A stretch of 64,000 nt of DNA from Octopus vulgaris (GCA_951406725.2 OX597814.1:4650001-4714000); one strand, 5' to 3'; positions 37,772-53,270 are shown, numbered from the stretch's first letter. Notes: generated from the letters alone by a model not told the origin. Made by a program: numbers and translations.

Positions 37772-40208
37772 TTCAGTAGTTTTATTTTTATAGCGTGCTT
37801 TCACTTCACTACCGAGTGCAGTTCTGTGTGCCTTGGGTGTGTGCTGTGGTTTGCTGTGATGCTCTGATGGTTACTGTATTGAAAGTGTTTTGCGTGGGAT
37901 GTGTGCAGTGCCCAGTAGTGCAATTTTCTGTATGTTATATATATTTGTAAGTCCTGGTGTTTTTGTTATGAATTTGTCTGAATATTTTTTTATCATGCCT
38001 AATGCACCTACTATGATAGGGATTGTTTCTGTTTTAGATTCCACATTCTGGTTACCTCTATTTCCAGGTCTTTGTAATTTGAAAGTTTCTCCATTTCTTT
38101 TAGAGACACGTTGTCATCTGCTGGTATTGATACATCAATTAGAAAGCATTTTTTTCTTCATGATCTCTGACAACTATATCTGGCCTGTTGGCCTTAATTT
38201 CTCCATCTGTGTGTATTGGCATATCCCAGAGTATGGTTGCTTTCTCGTTGTCTGTAACCTTTTCTGGTGTGTGCCTATACCGTCTTTTTTCAATTGTTAT
38301 TCCATAGTGTGGCATAGCTTCCCGTGTATGTAGGTTCCAACTCTGTCATGTCTGTGAATATATTCCTTCTTAGCCAGGACTGGGCAGCTAGAGATAATAT
38401 GATTTATTGTTTCTTGTCCATCTCCACATATTCTGCAGTTACTTGTTATATTTCTTTTCATTACATGTTTTTGGTGATTTCTGATGAGGAGGCTTTGGTC
38501 TTGTGCTGCAATTAAAAATCCCTCTGTCTCTGCTTTTAGTCCTGAGCTTCTCAACCATTGCTGGGATTTTTCTCTGTCTATTTCTTTTGCATTTAGTTTA
38601 GTCCAGTATTTATCATGAAGTCCGTTTCTTCTTCTTGCCATCATTTCCTCCTCCTCCTCCGTTTCTTTTCTCCTCCTCCTCCTCCTCTTCTTCTTCTTCT
38701 TTTCTTCTTCTTCTTCTTCTTTTCCTCCTCCTCCTCCTTTCTTCTTCTTCTTCTTCTTCTTCTTTCCTCCTCCTCCTCCTCCCCTCCTCCTCCTTCTTCT
38801 TCTTCTTCTTCTTCTTCTTCTTCTTCTTCTTCTTCTTCTTCTTCTTCTTCATCTTCCTTATATTTGTTAGGCAGTATGACATTGTGTTTGTATTTGTCAG
38901 CTTCCTTAACTACTGAAAACAGTTTTTTGTTTTTGCTCGTGTTTTGCTGCTATTTGTATTAGTTTTCTTTGCTTCTGAAGTAGGTATTTTTGCAGTCCTA
39001 TGGTGGTTATTTTATAGTAGTTTTCCAGCTTTATAAGGCCTCTACCACTTTCTATATGTTGTATATATAGCCTTTCTATGTCAGATTTTGGGTGGTGCAT
39101 CCTAGATCCTGTCATTATTTTTCTTGGTTTCCTGTCTATTTTGGTTAGTTCATTTAGTGTTCAGTAGCTTCATTTAGTATTGTAGCTGTAACTTATAACT
39201 GGGACGGCTAAAGTGTTAATACCTATTATCTTGTTTTTAGCATTGAGTTCTGTTTTTATCATTGATCTAACTCGTCTATAGTATTCTTTCTTTATCTTCT
39301 CTTTCATTTGTGTGTGTTGTATCATATCTAGTTCATGGATTCCTAAATATTTGTAAGTTTGGCTTTGGTCTAATTCTCTTATTTCATTGGTTTTATCTTG
39401 TGTGATGTTGTTGCTCTTAATTAGTTTTCCTCTTTTCAGGGTACCTTTGGCACATTTTTCTAATCCAAATTTCATATCTATTTCTTTGGTGAATCCATGA
39501 ACTGTCTTTAGTAGTGTTTCCAGCTGTTTGTCATTTGCAGCGTATAGTTTTAGGTCATCCATATATAAAAGGTGGCTGATCGTTTTGCTGTAACATTTAT
39601 ATCCGCATCCAGTTCTATTTAGCATGTCAAATAAAGGTATCAGCGCCAAGCAGAAAAGGAGTGCAGAGAGCGTGTCTCCCTGGAATATTCCCCTTCTAAT
39701 GGGGATAGCTTTGGTCCCTCTTTTGTTTGGAACTGTAACACTGCCCGCCATTTATTCATATTCTTGTGTATTTTATAATCGTTGGTGCTACATTGTTCAT
39801 GGCTAGTGTTTCGAGGATCCATGTGTGGGGGATGCTATCAAACGCCTTTTTGTAGTCAATCCAGGCCATACTGAGGCCTTTCTTCTTTCTGTGGCTGTCT
39901 TCAGTTATGGCTTTATTGATCATTAGTTGATCTTTACAACCATATGAGCCTTTACAGCATCCCTTCTGCTCTTCTGGAAACAGGCTGTTTTCTTCCACAT
40001 ACTTGCTCAATCTCTGCGATTTTATTGCAGTAAGGGCTTTGTAAATTGTAGGGAGACAGGTTAGGGGTCTGAAGTTTTGTGAGATTGTCGTTTCAGTGGA
40101 TTTGGGAATTAAAATGGTTTTCCTCTTCGTGAGCCGTTCAGGTAGCTTTTTGTGTATTCCTGTCAGATATTTTAACCGGAAGTTGGGGTCTTGTCGTGCC
40201 CAGGCGCC

Positions 40209-40210
<2 letters not shown>
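37772..40210 (-). pseudogene. R4/Dong-like non-LTR retrotransposon (RT, CCHC, RLE), 5'-truncated
   Basis: WIDYKKAFDSIPH, GIFQGDTLSALLF, HLLYMDDLKLYA, CRICGDGQETINHIISSC, RPDIVV..LIDVSIP. Flanked by (TAA)n on both sides. Confidence 0.92.
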
Positions 40211-40258
<48 letters not shown>

Positions 40259-40329
40259 CATAATTTTTGTTGTTGTTGTTGCTATTGTTGTTGATGTTAT
40301 TATTATTGTTGTTGTTGTTATTGTTATTG

Positions 40330-40376
<47 letters not shown>

Positions 40377-40462
40377 GTTATTATTATTATGTATGTATGT
40401 ATGTATGTATATATACATACATACATGTATATTTATAAGTATTTATGTATGTATATATGTGC

Positions 40463-40517
<55 letters not shown>

Positions 40518-40521
40518 AGTA

Positions 40522-40564
<43 letters not shown>

Positions 40565-40740
40565 GGGGTAGAGAGAAAGGAAGACACGTGCTTACATACA
40601 CCTACACACACCTACACACACACACTTACCGTAACATATTGTGTGGTCCCTTCAGTTCGTAAATGTTGGCGGATTTTCTTTTCCATACATTCAGATGCAC
40701 GCGTGTACACACACGCGCACACACAAGCATAAACAATCCA

Positions 40741-40824
<84 letters not shown>

Positions 40825-40905
40825 GGATAAGATCGATATTTCAATACCGATCTTATCAGGTGGCCAGCATGGAAACAAAAACCTTCAAATGTAATAATTA
40901 TTATT

Positions 40906-41013
40906 AAAATTATAATTTAGGTTATCTAAGAGATTCCACTACGCTGGAAAGAGCAGTCAAGTTTTGACTGCTATTTCTAGCGTAGTGGTATCTCTTAGAT
41001 ACCCTTAATTATA

Positions 41014-41018
<5 letters not shown>
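40906..41018. repeat. ~110-bp palindrome in (TA)n, related to the 11981 repeat family
   Basis: Shares TTTGACTGCTATTTCTA and ACCCTTAATTA with 11981-12072. Confidence 0.65.
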
Positions 41019-41057
<39 letters not shown>

Positions 41058-41615
41058 CACACACATGTCCACGAATATGTGTCGAAGCATCTTACTTTCT
41101 ACTTTCCCCCTCTCTCTCTCTCCCTCTCTCCCTCCCTCTCTCTCTCTTTCTCTCTCTCTCTTACACAATCACACACAGATACACACACACACGCACGTAA
41201 GTACTCGTACATAAAAAACACAGTCACAAACACAACACACGTGCGCGCGCGTAAATTTATTGAGAGACATGGAAATATACACATGCAATCTGTTGCTAAT
41301 CACTCTCTCCCTCTCTCCTCTCTCTCCCTCTCTTATCGCCTTTGCTCTCCTCTTTCACACTTTATCACCTCCCTATCACCCTCACTCTTTCTCTCTCTTT
41401 CTCTCTCTCTCTCTCCCCTCTCTCTCCCTCTTTAATCGCCTTTACTCTCCTCTTTCATGCTTTATCGCCTCCCTGTCACCCTCTCTCTCTATCACTCTCC
41501 TACCAACACACACACACACACACACTATCAATATCTTCCTTTTCGTTTCCTATTTTTTTCTTACTATCTCCTTCGCCTCTGCTCCCTCGCTCTTCTTTCT
41601 CTCCTCTTTCTCTCC

Positions 41616-41661
<46 letters not shown>

Positions 41662-41718
41662 TCAAGCTCCATCGCCTCTTTCTAAACACACAAACACGTA
41701 CACACATATTAACAAATA

Positions 41719-41760
<42 letters not shown>

Positions 41761-42027
41761 TATCGCACAGTTTTCTCCCAATCACTCGCACTACTACCAC
41801 ACACCCCTCTTAAACAGTCCTTACCACCCTCCCCCACCTTCGGCCCCTCACTTCTTTTGTCTCTCTTTCTTCATCTCTCCGTCTGTGAAACGTGGTTCTT
41901 CCCATCTCTCTCTTCACATATAAGTGTGTGTGTGTGTGTGTGTGTGTGTATACAAACATACAGATGGATAGATAAATAAAACACGGGTAGATAGGCAGAC
42001 AGAGAGGAAGACAGACAGACAGACAGG

Positions 42028-42118
<91 letters not shown>

Positions 42119-42240
42119 GCAGGTAGATAGATAGAAAGAGAGTGAGAGAGAGAGAGTTAGATAGGCAGACAGGCAGATAGGTAAATACGGAGATAGGTAG
42201 ATAGATAGATAGATAGAGAAAGAGAGGGAGAGTTAGATAG

Positions 42241-42361
<121 letters not shown>

Positions 42362-42737
42362 GAGAGAGAGTGAGAAAGAGAGAGAGATGGAGGCAGACAG
42401 GTTCCTACCTATTAGGTACGACTGTTTCTGCAATGCCTCTGTTTACTCGGGGCTGTTGCTAATGTGTTTAGATCTATGTGTCTGTCTATCTGTCTTTAAC
42501 TTAGACTTTGGACTGCAGCCTTTGCTGAGGTCACCACTCTGATGGGTTGTAGGGGAACAGTTTGATCCCAGGACATATTCTTAAGTAGCAGGGTTACTTG
42601 TATAAACAAAAAAAAAAACACAGATAGTATTATCGGCGTGTTTTTTTTTTCCGAACCAGTACTTTACGAGGACGTAAACAAACCGATACCGATTGTCAAA
42701 CACAAGTACGAATATGCACATACACACACACATACAT

Positions 42738-42775
<38 letters not shown>

Positions 42776-43030
42776 GTATATATGTGTGTGCGCGCGTGTG
42801 TGTGTATACATACACACACACACACACCATATATATATATATATATATATATATTTCTTTACTACCCACAAGGGCTAAAGACAGAGGGGACAAACAAGGA
42901 CAGACAAAGGGATTAAGTCGATTACATCGACCCCAGTGCGTAACTGGTACTTTATTTATCGACCCCGAAAGGATGAAAGGCAAAGTCGACCTTTTGAAGT
43001 AAAGATGCTTGTCTTTTTATTACCCTGATG

Positions 43031-43093
<63 letters not shown>

Positions 43094-43292
43094 ATATATA
43101 TATAATAACATCAGGGTAATAAAAATTTTTAGAAATGTTTGCTACCAGTGGTCTACCGTGTAGAAAAATTATTTCAGTAGACTATATATTATACAAATAC
43201 TGTGTACATTTAAACACACAAGAGGTATCCGTGCCAGGAATCCTACGACGGATACCTCTTGTGTACACTGTATTTATTATATATATATTTAT

Positions 43293-43325
<33 letters not shown>

Positions 43326-43331
43326 GTTCAT

Positions 43332-43720
43332 AGGCGCAGGACTGACTGTGTGGTAAGAAGCTTGCTTCCCAACCACAAGGTTCCGGGTTCAGTCCCACGC
43401 CGTGGCACCTTGGGCAAGTGTCCTCTGCTAAAGTCTTGGACGGACCACAAAGCCTTGTGAGTGGATTTGGTAGACGGAAACTGAAAGAAGACCGTCGTAT
43501 ATATGTGTGTGTGTCTGTCTGTCTGTCTGTATTTGTCCCTCCACCATCGTTTGACAACCGATGTTGGTGTGCTTATGTCCCCCTTAAAGTAGCGTTTCGG
43601 GATAAAAACCGATAGAATAAGTACTTCTATGTACTAGAATATGTTCTGGGATCGATTTGGTCGTCTAAAAGGTGGTGCTGCAGCATGGCCGGAATCAAAT
43701 GATTGACACAAGTAAAATAT
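43332..43720 (+). mobile_element. SINE B
   Basis: Head GGCGCAGGACTGACTGTGTGG, core and tail. Confidence 0.82.
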
Positions 43721-43771
43721 TAAACGAATAAAAGACTATATATACATACATACATGTATGTATATTATATA

Positions 43772-43824
<53 letters not shown>

Positions 43825-43860
43825 GCACCTGCGTACTCATACACACAAACACACACACAC

Positions 43861-43913
<53 letters not shown>

Positions 43914-44203
43914 CATACATATATACACACACATATATATATACGTACACACATATATATATACAAGTATGTGTGACAGGCTTCTTTCAGTTTCCGTCTA
44001 CCAAATCCACTCACAAGGCTTTAGTTGGCCCGAGGCTGTAGTAGAAGACACTTGCCCAAGGTTCCACGCAGTGGGACTGAACCCGGAACCATGTGGTTGG
44101 GAAGCAAGCTACTTACCACACAGCTTATATAAAATGCATACCTGTATTACACCTGTTTAATTCTGTCGCCTCGCCTCTTCTCACTTTTATTACCACCTCC
44201 ACC

Positions 44204-44235
<32 letters not shown>

Positions 44236-44479
44236 CACTGCCACCACCACCACCACCACCACCCACCACCACCACCACCACCACCATCACCATCACCACC
44301 CTCTTACCCACCACCTCTTCTTGTTTGTTTCTTTACTTTCTTGTTTGAAATTTCAGCATAACGAGTAAGTGGGTCCTATCAACCCCCCAGTAGTTGACTG
44401 GTACTATATAGACGGCGATGGGATTTGAACTCAAAATGTAAAGGACCACAAAAGAGATGCCACACACACATATATATAT

Positions 44480-44788
44480 CACCGTGATCACCGTGACCGA
44501 CCAGGCCATCAGATGTTGTTACACATCGCTGGTCACAATGCGCTTCGCATTGTTTTAGCCTTCAAATGACGCCACCCCGCTGGCTAAGCGAGCAGGCCAA
44601 CAGAAGAAGGAGTGAGAGAAAGTTGTGGTGAAAGAGTACAGCAGGGATCACCACTCCCTGCCGGAGCCTCGTGGAGCTTTTAGGTGTTTTCGCTCAATAA
44701 ACACTCACAACGCCCGGTCTGGGAATCGAAACCGCAATCCTACGACCGCGAGTCCGCTGCCCTAACCACTGGGCCATTGCGCCTCCAC
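44480..44788 (-). mobile_element. SINE C (tRNA-Arg-like head)
   Basis: Head GGCGCAATGGCCCAGTGGTTAGGGCAGCGGACTCGCGG..GGTTTCGATTCCC. Tail ends in CACGGTGAT repeats. Confidence 0.82.
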
Positions 44789-44807
44789 GTATATATGCTG
44801 CTCTCAT

Positions 44808-44875
<68 letters not shown>

Positions 44876-45049
44876 ATATATATATATCTACACACAAACA
44901 CACGTACACCAACTAAGTTCTCTCGACCACATTAACCAACGAGACCAACCCCCGACCCACCCCCCTTTTCTCCTCTTACCACCACCACCACCACCTCCAC
45001 CACAAGCACGCAGCCATCATCCTTCCCCCCGTCACTCATCCTAACACCC

Positions 45050-45285
45050 ACACACACTATCTCTCCTCCTTCTTCTCCCCCTCCTCCTCCTCTTCCTCCT
45101 CCGGCTGCTGCTCTCCTTCGCTAGTGTCCCACTAATAATTCTCTCCAGTTCCAAACCCAAACAAAAGAAGAAAACATGAGGAATTCCCCTGTCTGTGGCG
45201 GTCGTTGTCGTCTCAGAGTGACGGAAACCAGAATCATCTAAGGAAGCCCGTACAAGCCACAAAAACACGCAACTATGGAACACAG
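45050..45285 (+). other. candidate host-gene exon ending in a consensus splice donor
   Basis: CAG|GTAAGT at 45283-45291 and ATG at 45275, preceded by a non-TE, C-rich stretch. Confidence 0.3.
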
Positions 45286-45362
45286 GTAAGTTCACTTTCT
45301 TTCGCCGACCCGGCAAATTTACTATCTCCATACACACGGACACTCAATTATACATGCATACA

Positions 45363-45415
<53 letters not shown>

Positions 45416-45511
45416 CATACATGTATATGTATATACATATATACACATACATATGTATATATGTATTTATACACACACACACATAAATATGTATATTTTA
45501 ATAGGTTTACG

Positions 45512-45564
<53 letters not shown>

Positions 45565-46138
45565 CATATGTATATGTATATAAATGTATACACACACACA
45601 CACGCAGACACATACATATACATATAGGTGTGTGTGTGTGTGAATATATTTGTGTAAGTGTGTACATGTATTTGGCTTGTATATGAAGTGTGTACACGTA
45701 TACCAATATTAAAGTGTATATATACGTACGTACCTATATAAAAATGTATACACACACCTAGATAAAAAGCTGTAGAATTGTGTATATGTAAACATACCAT
45801 TCACGAGGTGTTTTTGTAGCGGTATGTCACATTTTACCTTTGTTTATCTGTCGTCCTATCGACTTCTGTTATAGCCTAGATGTTGTGATGTTCATGCTTG
45901 TATTCCAGCCGCCTCAAAGACCGGCATTGTGGTTAGCTTTCACGAAAAAACTTGGTCATCTTGGAGCGATGTGAAACACACAGACACACACACAGACAAA
46001 CACACAGACACACACACAGACAAACACACAGACACACACACACAGACAAACACACAGACACAAACGCGCGCGCGCCAGACTCCCACGCATAAACAACGCT
46101 GTCATTCATTGATTACCTGTGAATGAAGTCTGCGTGTG

Positions 46139-46242
<104 letters not shown>

Positions 46243-46574
46243 CGTATATCTGTATATGTATTTGTAGAAGTGTATGTGCGTATGTGTGTACGTATGTGTG
46301 TACATGTACAAGTGATGTGTGTACATATGTACGTATATGAGTATGTGTGTATGTATGTGTATATATATGCGCTTGTATTTGCGTATTTTATTTATATACA
46401 TTCGTATGTATATTTTGTATATATATTTGCGTGTGTGCTTATTTATGCTTCTACGCATGTGCGCGTATATATAAATGCTTATATATATGTGTGTGTATGT
46501 GTGTATGTATGTATATTTAATATATCTGCGTATGTGAATGTATGCGTGTGTATATATATATATGTATATAATAT

Positions 46575-46608
<34 letters not shown>

Positions 46609-46810
46609 ATGCATGTATGTATGTATGTATGTATTATGTATGTATGTATGTATGTATATATATATATATATGATATATGTATGTATATATATATATGTGT
46701 GTGTGTGTGTGTGCGTGTATGTGTGTATATATATATCGCATATACATAGGCGTATCAGGGCTTATTTGTATCTGTGTATACATGTGTGAGTGTGTTTACG
46801 TATGGTAACA

Positions 46811-46897
<87 letters not shown>

Positions 46898-47193
46898 ACA
46901 CATTATGACATGAATCCATGCTGTTAATGTGCAGATATGGATTATTTCCTTTTATCAATGACTACAACAAACAGATGACAGTTCATTTTCTCGGCGCACA
47001 GCAGGACACACAGACACACACACATCACAGCAGAGCTAAAGAGAGACGCTAGCAAGCAGGACGAGGCAAATGCACCGTTCGTGTTGTTGCTTTTTCTTGG
47101 TTTCGAGTTCGAATCCCGGCACTGCTGATCGTCCATTTCTTTCGGACCGGAGCTAATCATTTAGAAACTGAAAGAAGCCCGTCGTATATATGC

Positions 47194-47256
<63 letters not shown>

Positions 47257-47384
47257 TGGGTGTGTGTGTCTGTGTTTGTCCTCCCATCATCGATTGACAA
47301 CCGATGCTGGTGTGTTTACGTCCCCGTAACTTAGTGGTTGGGCAAAAGAGACCGAAAGAATAAGTGCTAGGCTAACAAAGAATT

Positions 47385-47747
47385 GTAATAGTTAGGCCCT
47401 CGATTACACTCGAACCTTCCTCCTCGCCTCTACGAAAATTTGGCCTCCACATAATGTACTTGGTTGTTAGGTGAGGGGGGTGCGGCTATTTGTTGCGCAG
47501 GTTGTGGGGTTATCGTTGGATCAGAGAAACGAGGGCTGCATCTATAACACCCCGAAACAAGCCAGACGCAGGAAGGGTTTCTCCTCAAACCATAACCACG
47601 ACCCCCAATGTTTCCTAATAAAGATACACCCCTTGGCCACGTGAGGGTGCTAAACCGGGTGGCAGATTAATTTTCCGACCCTGCCCCCCAAAACAGATAC
47701 GGTGCAATTGACGGGCTCCACGTGGTCTCCCTCTCTCCATTATTACT
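47385..47747 (+). mobile_element. solo-LTR-like insert truncating a SINE B tail
   Basis: TGTAATA...TATTAC termini, internal TATAA and AATAAA, followed by PBS-like TGACGAGG. Confidence 0.35.
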
Positions 47748-48171
47748 GACGAGGTTTCGGATAACCCGTGATTATGACGGCAGAGATTGATCTAATATTA
47801 AGATCGATCTCCGAACAATGGGTTTGTAAAGAGAACTTCTAAACCACACAGCTGTCTCCCTTGTTCACTGAGCATGACTGGACGACTTTCGACCGTGGCT
47901 GTCCCGTCGAATGGGGTGTATATATATATATATATATATATATATGAGTAGAAAAACAGCCAACAACTGATGAAGGGCCGTCCTTATGTTGTTTGTCTTG
48001 TTTTCTATTTGTGTCTTTCGTTGTTCGAAAAAATAGTTCATATTCCATGTACTCGTACTTCGTACTTTTTGTTGTACACGTTTCGTGACGTCCTCTGCCC
48101 ACAAATGCATATATATATATATATATATATACACGTATAGATGTAAGTATGTACATATACGTATGTTTATA

Positions 48172-48236
<65 letters not shown>

Positions 48237-48777
48237 GTATATATGTATATCTTTATATTCTGTATATATGTTTCTGCGTGTGTATGTGTGTGTGTGTGTG
48301 TGTGTGAGTATGTAAGTGTTTCAAGAATTGCAGCTATCTAATTTACAATTCTGTTATCAGACAGTGGTGGAATTTGATGTGAATTGAGGGAGATTTGGTT
48401 ACTATTTCTGCCAAATCAGTTTAGCACCCGAACATCTCCGCCCCATTCACAATATAATTCAGAGCGGCAGATGAAAGATTCGGTAAAATACTTCGAAGTT
48501 CTGATTTCAAATCTATCCAAAGTCAACTCTACCCTTCATAGTATCCGTAAAAAACAATACCAGTCATACAGTGGGGTCCTCTTCATTTCTCCTTTACTGT
48601 CCAATCAATTGATGCTGTGACCTTTTGCCAATGTTAAACATCGTGAGAATTGGTGCGTAGGTGTTAAACCCTAAACCTAACCGAACTTCCAAGTGGATTC
48701 AGTTTCTTAAGTTTAATAAAAGAACTACTTTGAAGAACGCAGGAATGACGCAGTTAGAGAGAGAGAGAGATAGATAG

Positions 48778-48819
<42 letters not shown>

Positions 48820-48823
48820 ATAA

Positions 48824-48894
<71 letters not shown>

Positions 48895-48959
48895 TGTTTC
48901 TTTATTAGTCACACAGGGCTGCACACAGACAGGACAAATTACAAGGTAGAGCTTTTCTT

Positions 48960-49130
<171 letters not shown>

Positions 49131-49215
49131 ACAGACATATATAAATGTACATACGTGTGTGTATGTGTGTGTAAGCATCTTAGACAATGGAATAAAATTA
49201 TATATATATATATAT

Positions 49216-49423
49216 ACTCTTTTACTTGTTTCAGTCATTTGACTGCGGCCATGCTGGAGCACCGCCTTTAGTCGAGCAAGTCGAGCCCAGGACTTATTCT
49301 TTGTTAGCCTAGCACTTATTCTTTCGGTCTCTTTTGCCGAACCACTAAGTTACGGGGACGTAAACACACCAGCATCGGTTGTCAATCGATGATGGGGGGA
49401 CAAACACAGACACACAGACCCAG

Positions 49424-49470
<47 letters not shown>

Positions 49471-49639
49471 TATATACGACGAGCTTCTTTCAGTTTCCGT
49501 CGACCAAATCCACTCACAAGGCTTCGGTCGGCCCGAGACTATAGTAGAAGACACTTGCCCAAGGTGCCACGCAGTGGGCCTGAACCCGGAGCCATGTGGT
49601 TGGGAAGCAAGCTACTTACCACACAGCCACTCCTGCGCC
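49216..49639 (-). mobile_element. SINE B
   Basis: Full head, microsatellite and tail. Confidence 0.88.
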
Positions 49640-49965
49640 CGTATATATGTATATATATATATATATATATTGGTCGAGTCAGTGTCTTGTTTCAATGAGT
49701 TTCCCCTGTAGACACAGGATCTTGAGGCAAATTATGACAGATATGTTGGGTCGGGTGAATAGATCACTTACATATATTTACTTATCAGAGGTTGACAGTC
49801 TGTCCGGAATTTCGCCCCTAACTGGGGTTGGCCGAAAGGCCTTTACTGCCTGCTGTTCTTTTATTCGTTTATTTGTTTCGGTCATTTGACTGCGGCCATG
49901 CTGGAGCACAGCCTTTAGTCGAACAAATCGACCATAAGACTTATGCTTTTGTAAGCCAGGTACTT

Positions 49966-50595
49966 GGTGTTACAATGAGTTTTGTTGTTCTTTCGCTCAG
50001 TTGCGACCCACACATAATAATCAAGGGGGTTGCAGTCTGGGGAATTAGGTGCCTAGATGATAGGGGTGATGTGGTCGCAGGAATTTTGTGACAGCCATGA
50101 CTGGGTTCTCCTGCTTGTGTGGCATGGTGCAGAGTCCTGTTGCCAGACATAGGGTCTTCCAGCAGCTGCCCTCTTGACCCAAGGAAGCACTCCCTACTCC
50201 GGGCACTTGAGGTAGGCCTCCGTGTTGAGTGTGAGGCCATGTGGGAAGATGAATGGAGGCATAATGTCGCCATCACTAGTGATCACTCCGAACACCATGA
50301 TGTTGACTGGATGTTTGATTTTTATCACTTCCGGTATATCTTTTGGGGACTCAGATTGACACCCAAACACCCTGAAATGTTCGTATTAGAGCTTCTGGTA
50401 CAAATACCAAGCAGTACAACATGTTGTTTCCAAATTTCTGGCAGAATGAATTGCGTCATGGTTCTGTTTTCCTCACAGACAGTGCCCAATTGACCCTACT
50501 ATACTGTGTAGTCGACAGTATAGTCAAAAGCAAACAATGTGCATGCGCGAAATTAAAATGATAAAATGGCGACAATTTGCCCACCGCACCCTGTA
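49966..50595 (-). mobile_element. DD37D (maT-like) transposon fragment, internally deleted
   Basis: TIR TACAGGGTGCGG at 50595. WQQDSAPCHTS...NSPDCNPLDYYVW has exactly 37 residues between the Asps, with one stop. Confidence 0.85.
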
Positions 50596-50738
50596 TGTGT
50601 GTGTGTGTGTGTCTGTGTGTCTGTACGTGTGCGTGTGTGTGTATATAAAATAATAATAATAATAATAACAATAATAATAACAATAATAATAATAATATTA
50701 ATAATAATAATAATAATAATAATAACAATAACAATAAC

Positions 50739-50773
<35 letters not shown>

Positions 50774-50789
50774 TAACAATAGCAATAAC

Positions 50790-50829
<40 letters not shown>

Positions 50830-50864
50830 GTAATAATAATAATAACAATAACAATAGCAATAAC

Positions 50865-50908
<44 letters not shown>

Positions 50909-51000
50909 TAATAATAATAATAATAACAATAACAATAATAATAATAATAATAATAACAATAATAACAATAATAACAATAATAACACTAATAATAATAATG

Positions 51001-51063
<63 letters not shown>

Positions 51064-51064
<1 letters not shown>

Positions 51065-51434
51065 GACAACGTGTCCCTAAAAGAAACGGAGAAACTTTCA
51101 AAATACAAAGATCTGGAAATAGAGGTAACCAGAATGTGGAATCTAAAAACAGAAACAATTCCTATCATAGTAGGTGCATTAGGCATGATAAAAAAATATT
51201 CAGACAAATACATAACAAAAACACCAGGACTTACAAACACATATAACATACAGAAAATTGCACTACTAGGCACTGCACACATCCTACGCAGAACACTTTC
51301 CATACAATAACCATCAGAGCATCACAACAAATCACAGCACATACCCAAGGTTTTGTCTTGGTACACAATACCACAGCTGCGCTCGGTAGTGGCTGAAGTG
51401 AAAGCACATCATAGCCATATAAAAACTAAAACTA

Positions 51435-51440
<6 letters not shown>
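51064..51440 (+). pseudogene. R4/Dong-like LINE 3' end in (TAA)n
   Basis: SLKETEKLSKYKDLEIEVTRMW...LGTAHILRRTLS is nearly identical to 37772-38115. (TAA)n on both sides. Confidence 0.9.
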
Positions 51441-51524
<84 letters not shown>

Positions 51525-52203
51525 CGTGATATGAGATCACCATGTCGCGCACATGTGGTTGTGATGTATGTTCCTGGTGTACCCTTATCAGACGGGTAGT
51601 CATGATGGGTATACTGGACTTCGTATAGTCTACCCCAGTGTCACTTTGACGGCATGCACTGCTCTCTCACTCAATAACAACAACAACAATAATAATAATA
51701 ATAATAACATTTTGTGCGGGTGGGTGACAAAGAAACTTACGGAAAATATGAAAAAACACACACAAAAGACGTGGACACGCTCTGCCCCTCATCAGATATC
51801 GATCAAAATCATGACAATTTCGACGCCTTATCGATAATATTGATGAACGTAGTGGCGTCATCAGTAAAACATTACCAACCTGAAGGACAGAATGGGACTT
51901 ATGGAGAAGAAATTAACAAAAGGAAAGTAAAGATGAAGTCTGAAGAGAAAACGGGGTGAAAGAAACAGTTAAGAGGAGAAGCGCAAAAGATGTAAAGCAG
52001 AAATGAAAAGACTGTAACGAAAATAATAAACATAAAATAAACAATAGGCGCAGGAGTGGCTGTGTGGTAAGACGCTTGCTTACCAACCACATGGTCCCGG
52101 GTTCAGTCTCCCACCGCGTGGCATTTTGGGCAAGTGTCTTCTATTATAGTCTCGGGCCGACCAAAGCCTTGTGAGAGGGTTTGTTAGAAACCGAAAGCTC
52201 GTC

Positions 52204-52258
<55 letters not shown>

Positions 52259-52382
52259 CTATATATATATATATATATATATATTGATAAAACGGTAAGA
52301 TAACAAAAGAAAGAAAGAGACCTCAATATTATGTAAATAGAGGAAATTTATCTATACAATATGTTACATTACTCGGTAGTCA

Positions 52383-52445
52383 AGATAAAACTCTGAGTTT
52401 CAGATGCCGAAGTGGAAATCCACAACACCATCTCTTCGGTTATCT
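52383..52445 (-). ncRNA. hammerhead-like motif (U4C variant)
   Basis: AGATAA-CCGAAGA-GATG...CATCT-GAAA-CTCAGAG-TT-TTATCT. Confidence 0.55.
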
Positions 52446-52454
52446 GGCTATTTG

Positions 52455-52765
52455 AGGTTTTTTGTTGACCAAAATTGAGAGTATGATAGAAGAAAGTTTG
52501 CTCTTCATTCTGTAGAAGAAAAATGTCAAATCGGAGCATATTAGGGCCAAAAATTATTTACATAAAAAAAGGTGCTTTTTTTCTATGGAAATCTCTATTT
52601 TTTATGATTTTTTGACTGCTGTGTCGCCATTTTTCGGTGTATTTCAACCAGAAAAATGTTTACTTAAAGACAATAACAAGCTACGTAATGCAAAATTTTT
52701 ACTTTCCAAAAATTCCAATTCTAAAGGGTCGAAACAAAACCGAGCAATGCCGGGCGATACTGCTA

Positions 52766-52767
<2 letters not shown>
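52455..52767 (+). mobile_element. Helitron-like 3' portion
   Basis: CCGAGCAATGCCGGG hairpin, then CGATACTG, then CTAG|T followed by (TA)n. Confidence 0.6.
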
Positions 52768-52803
<36 letters not shown>

Positions 52804-52833
52804 TCCCAATATTATTAGTTTTATATTATATTG

Positions 52834-52888
<55 letters not shown>

Positions 52889-53156
52889 ATAATATAAGAC
52901 TAATAATATTGGGGAGTATAACTCCAAACTTACAGGGAAAAATTCAATTTAGCATTAATCAAATTTCACAATATAAATATATAATATTATTTTTTACATA
53001 TTACTTATTATATATTATTTATTATATATTGTTTATTCATTTTTTTGTACTTTTTATGATCTAGTTATATATTTTATAATATATTTTATCTATTCTTTAT
53101 GGTTTGGTTTATGCCTATCATTGTTTGAATTACATAATAGTGGTTTTTCTCTAATT

Positions 53157-53270
<114 letters not shown>

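Noticed and set aside
44715-44788. tRNA-Arg gene
   Set aside because: The tRNA-like head lacks a proper acceptor stem and continues into a repeated SINE body.
51705-51900. Possible mariner remnant (CGWVTKKLTE, KHYQPE)
   Set aside because: Too degenerate to annotate with confidence.
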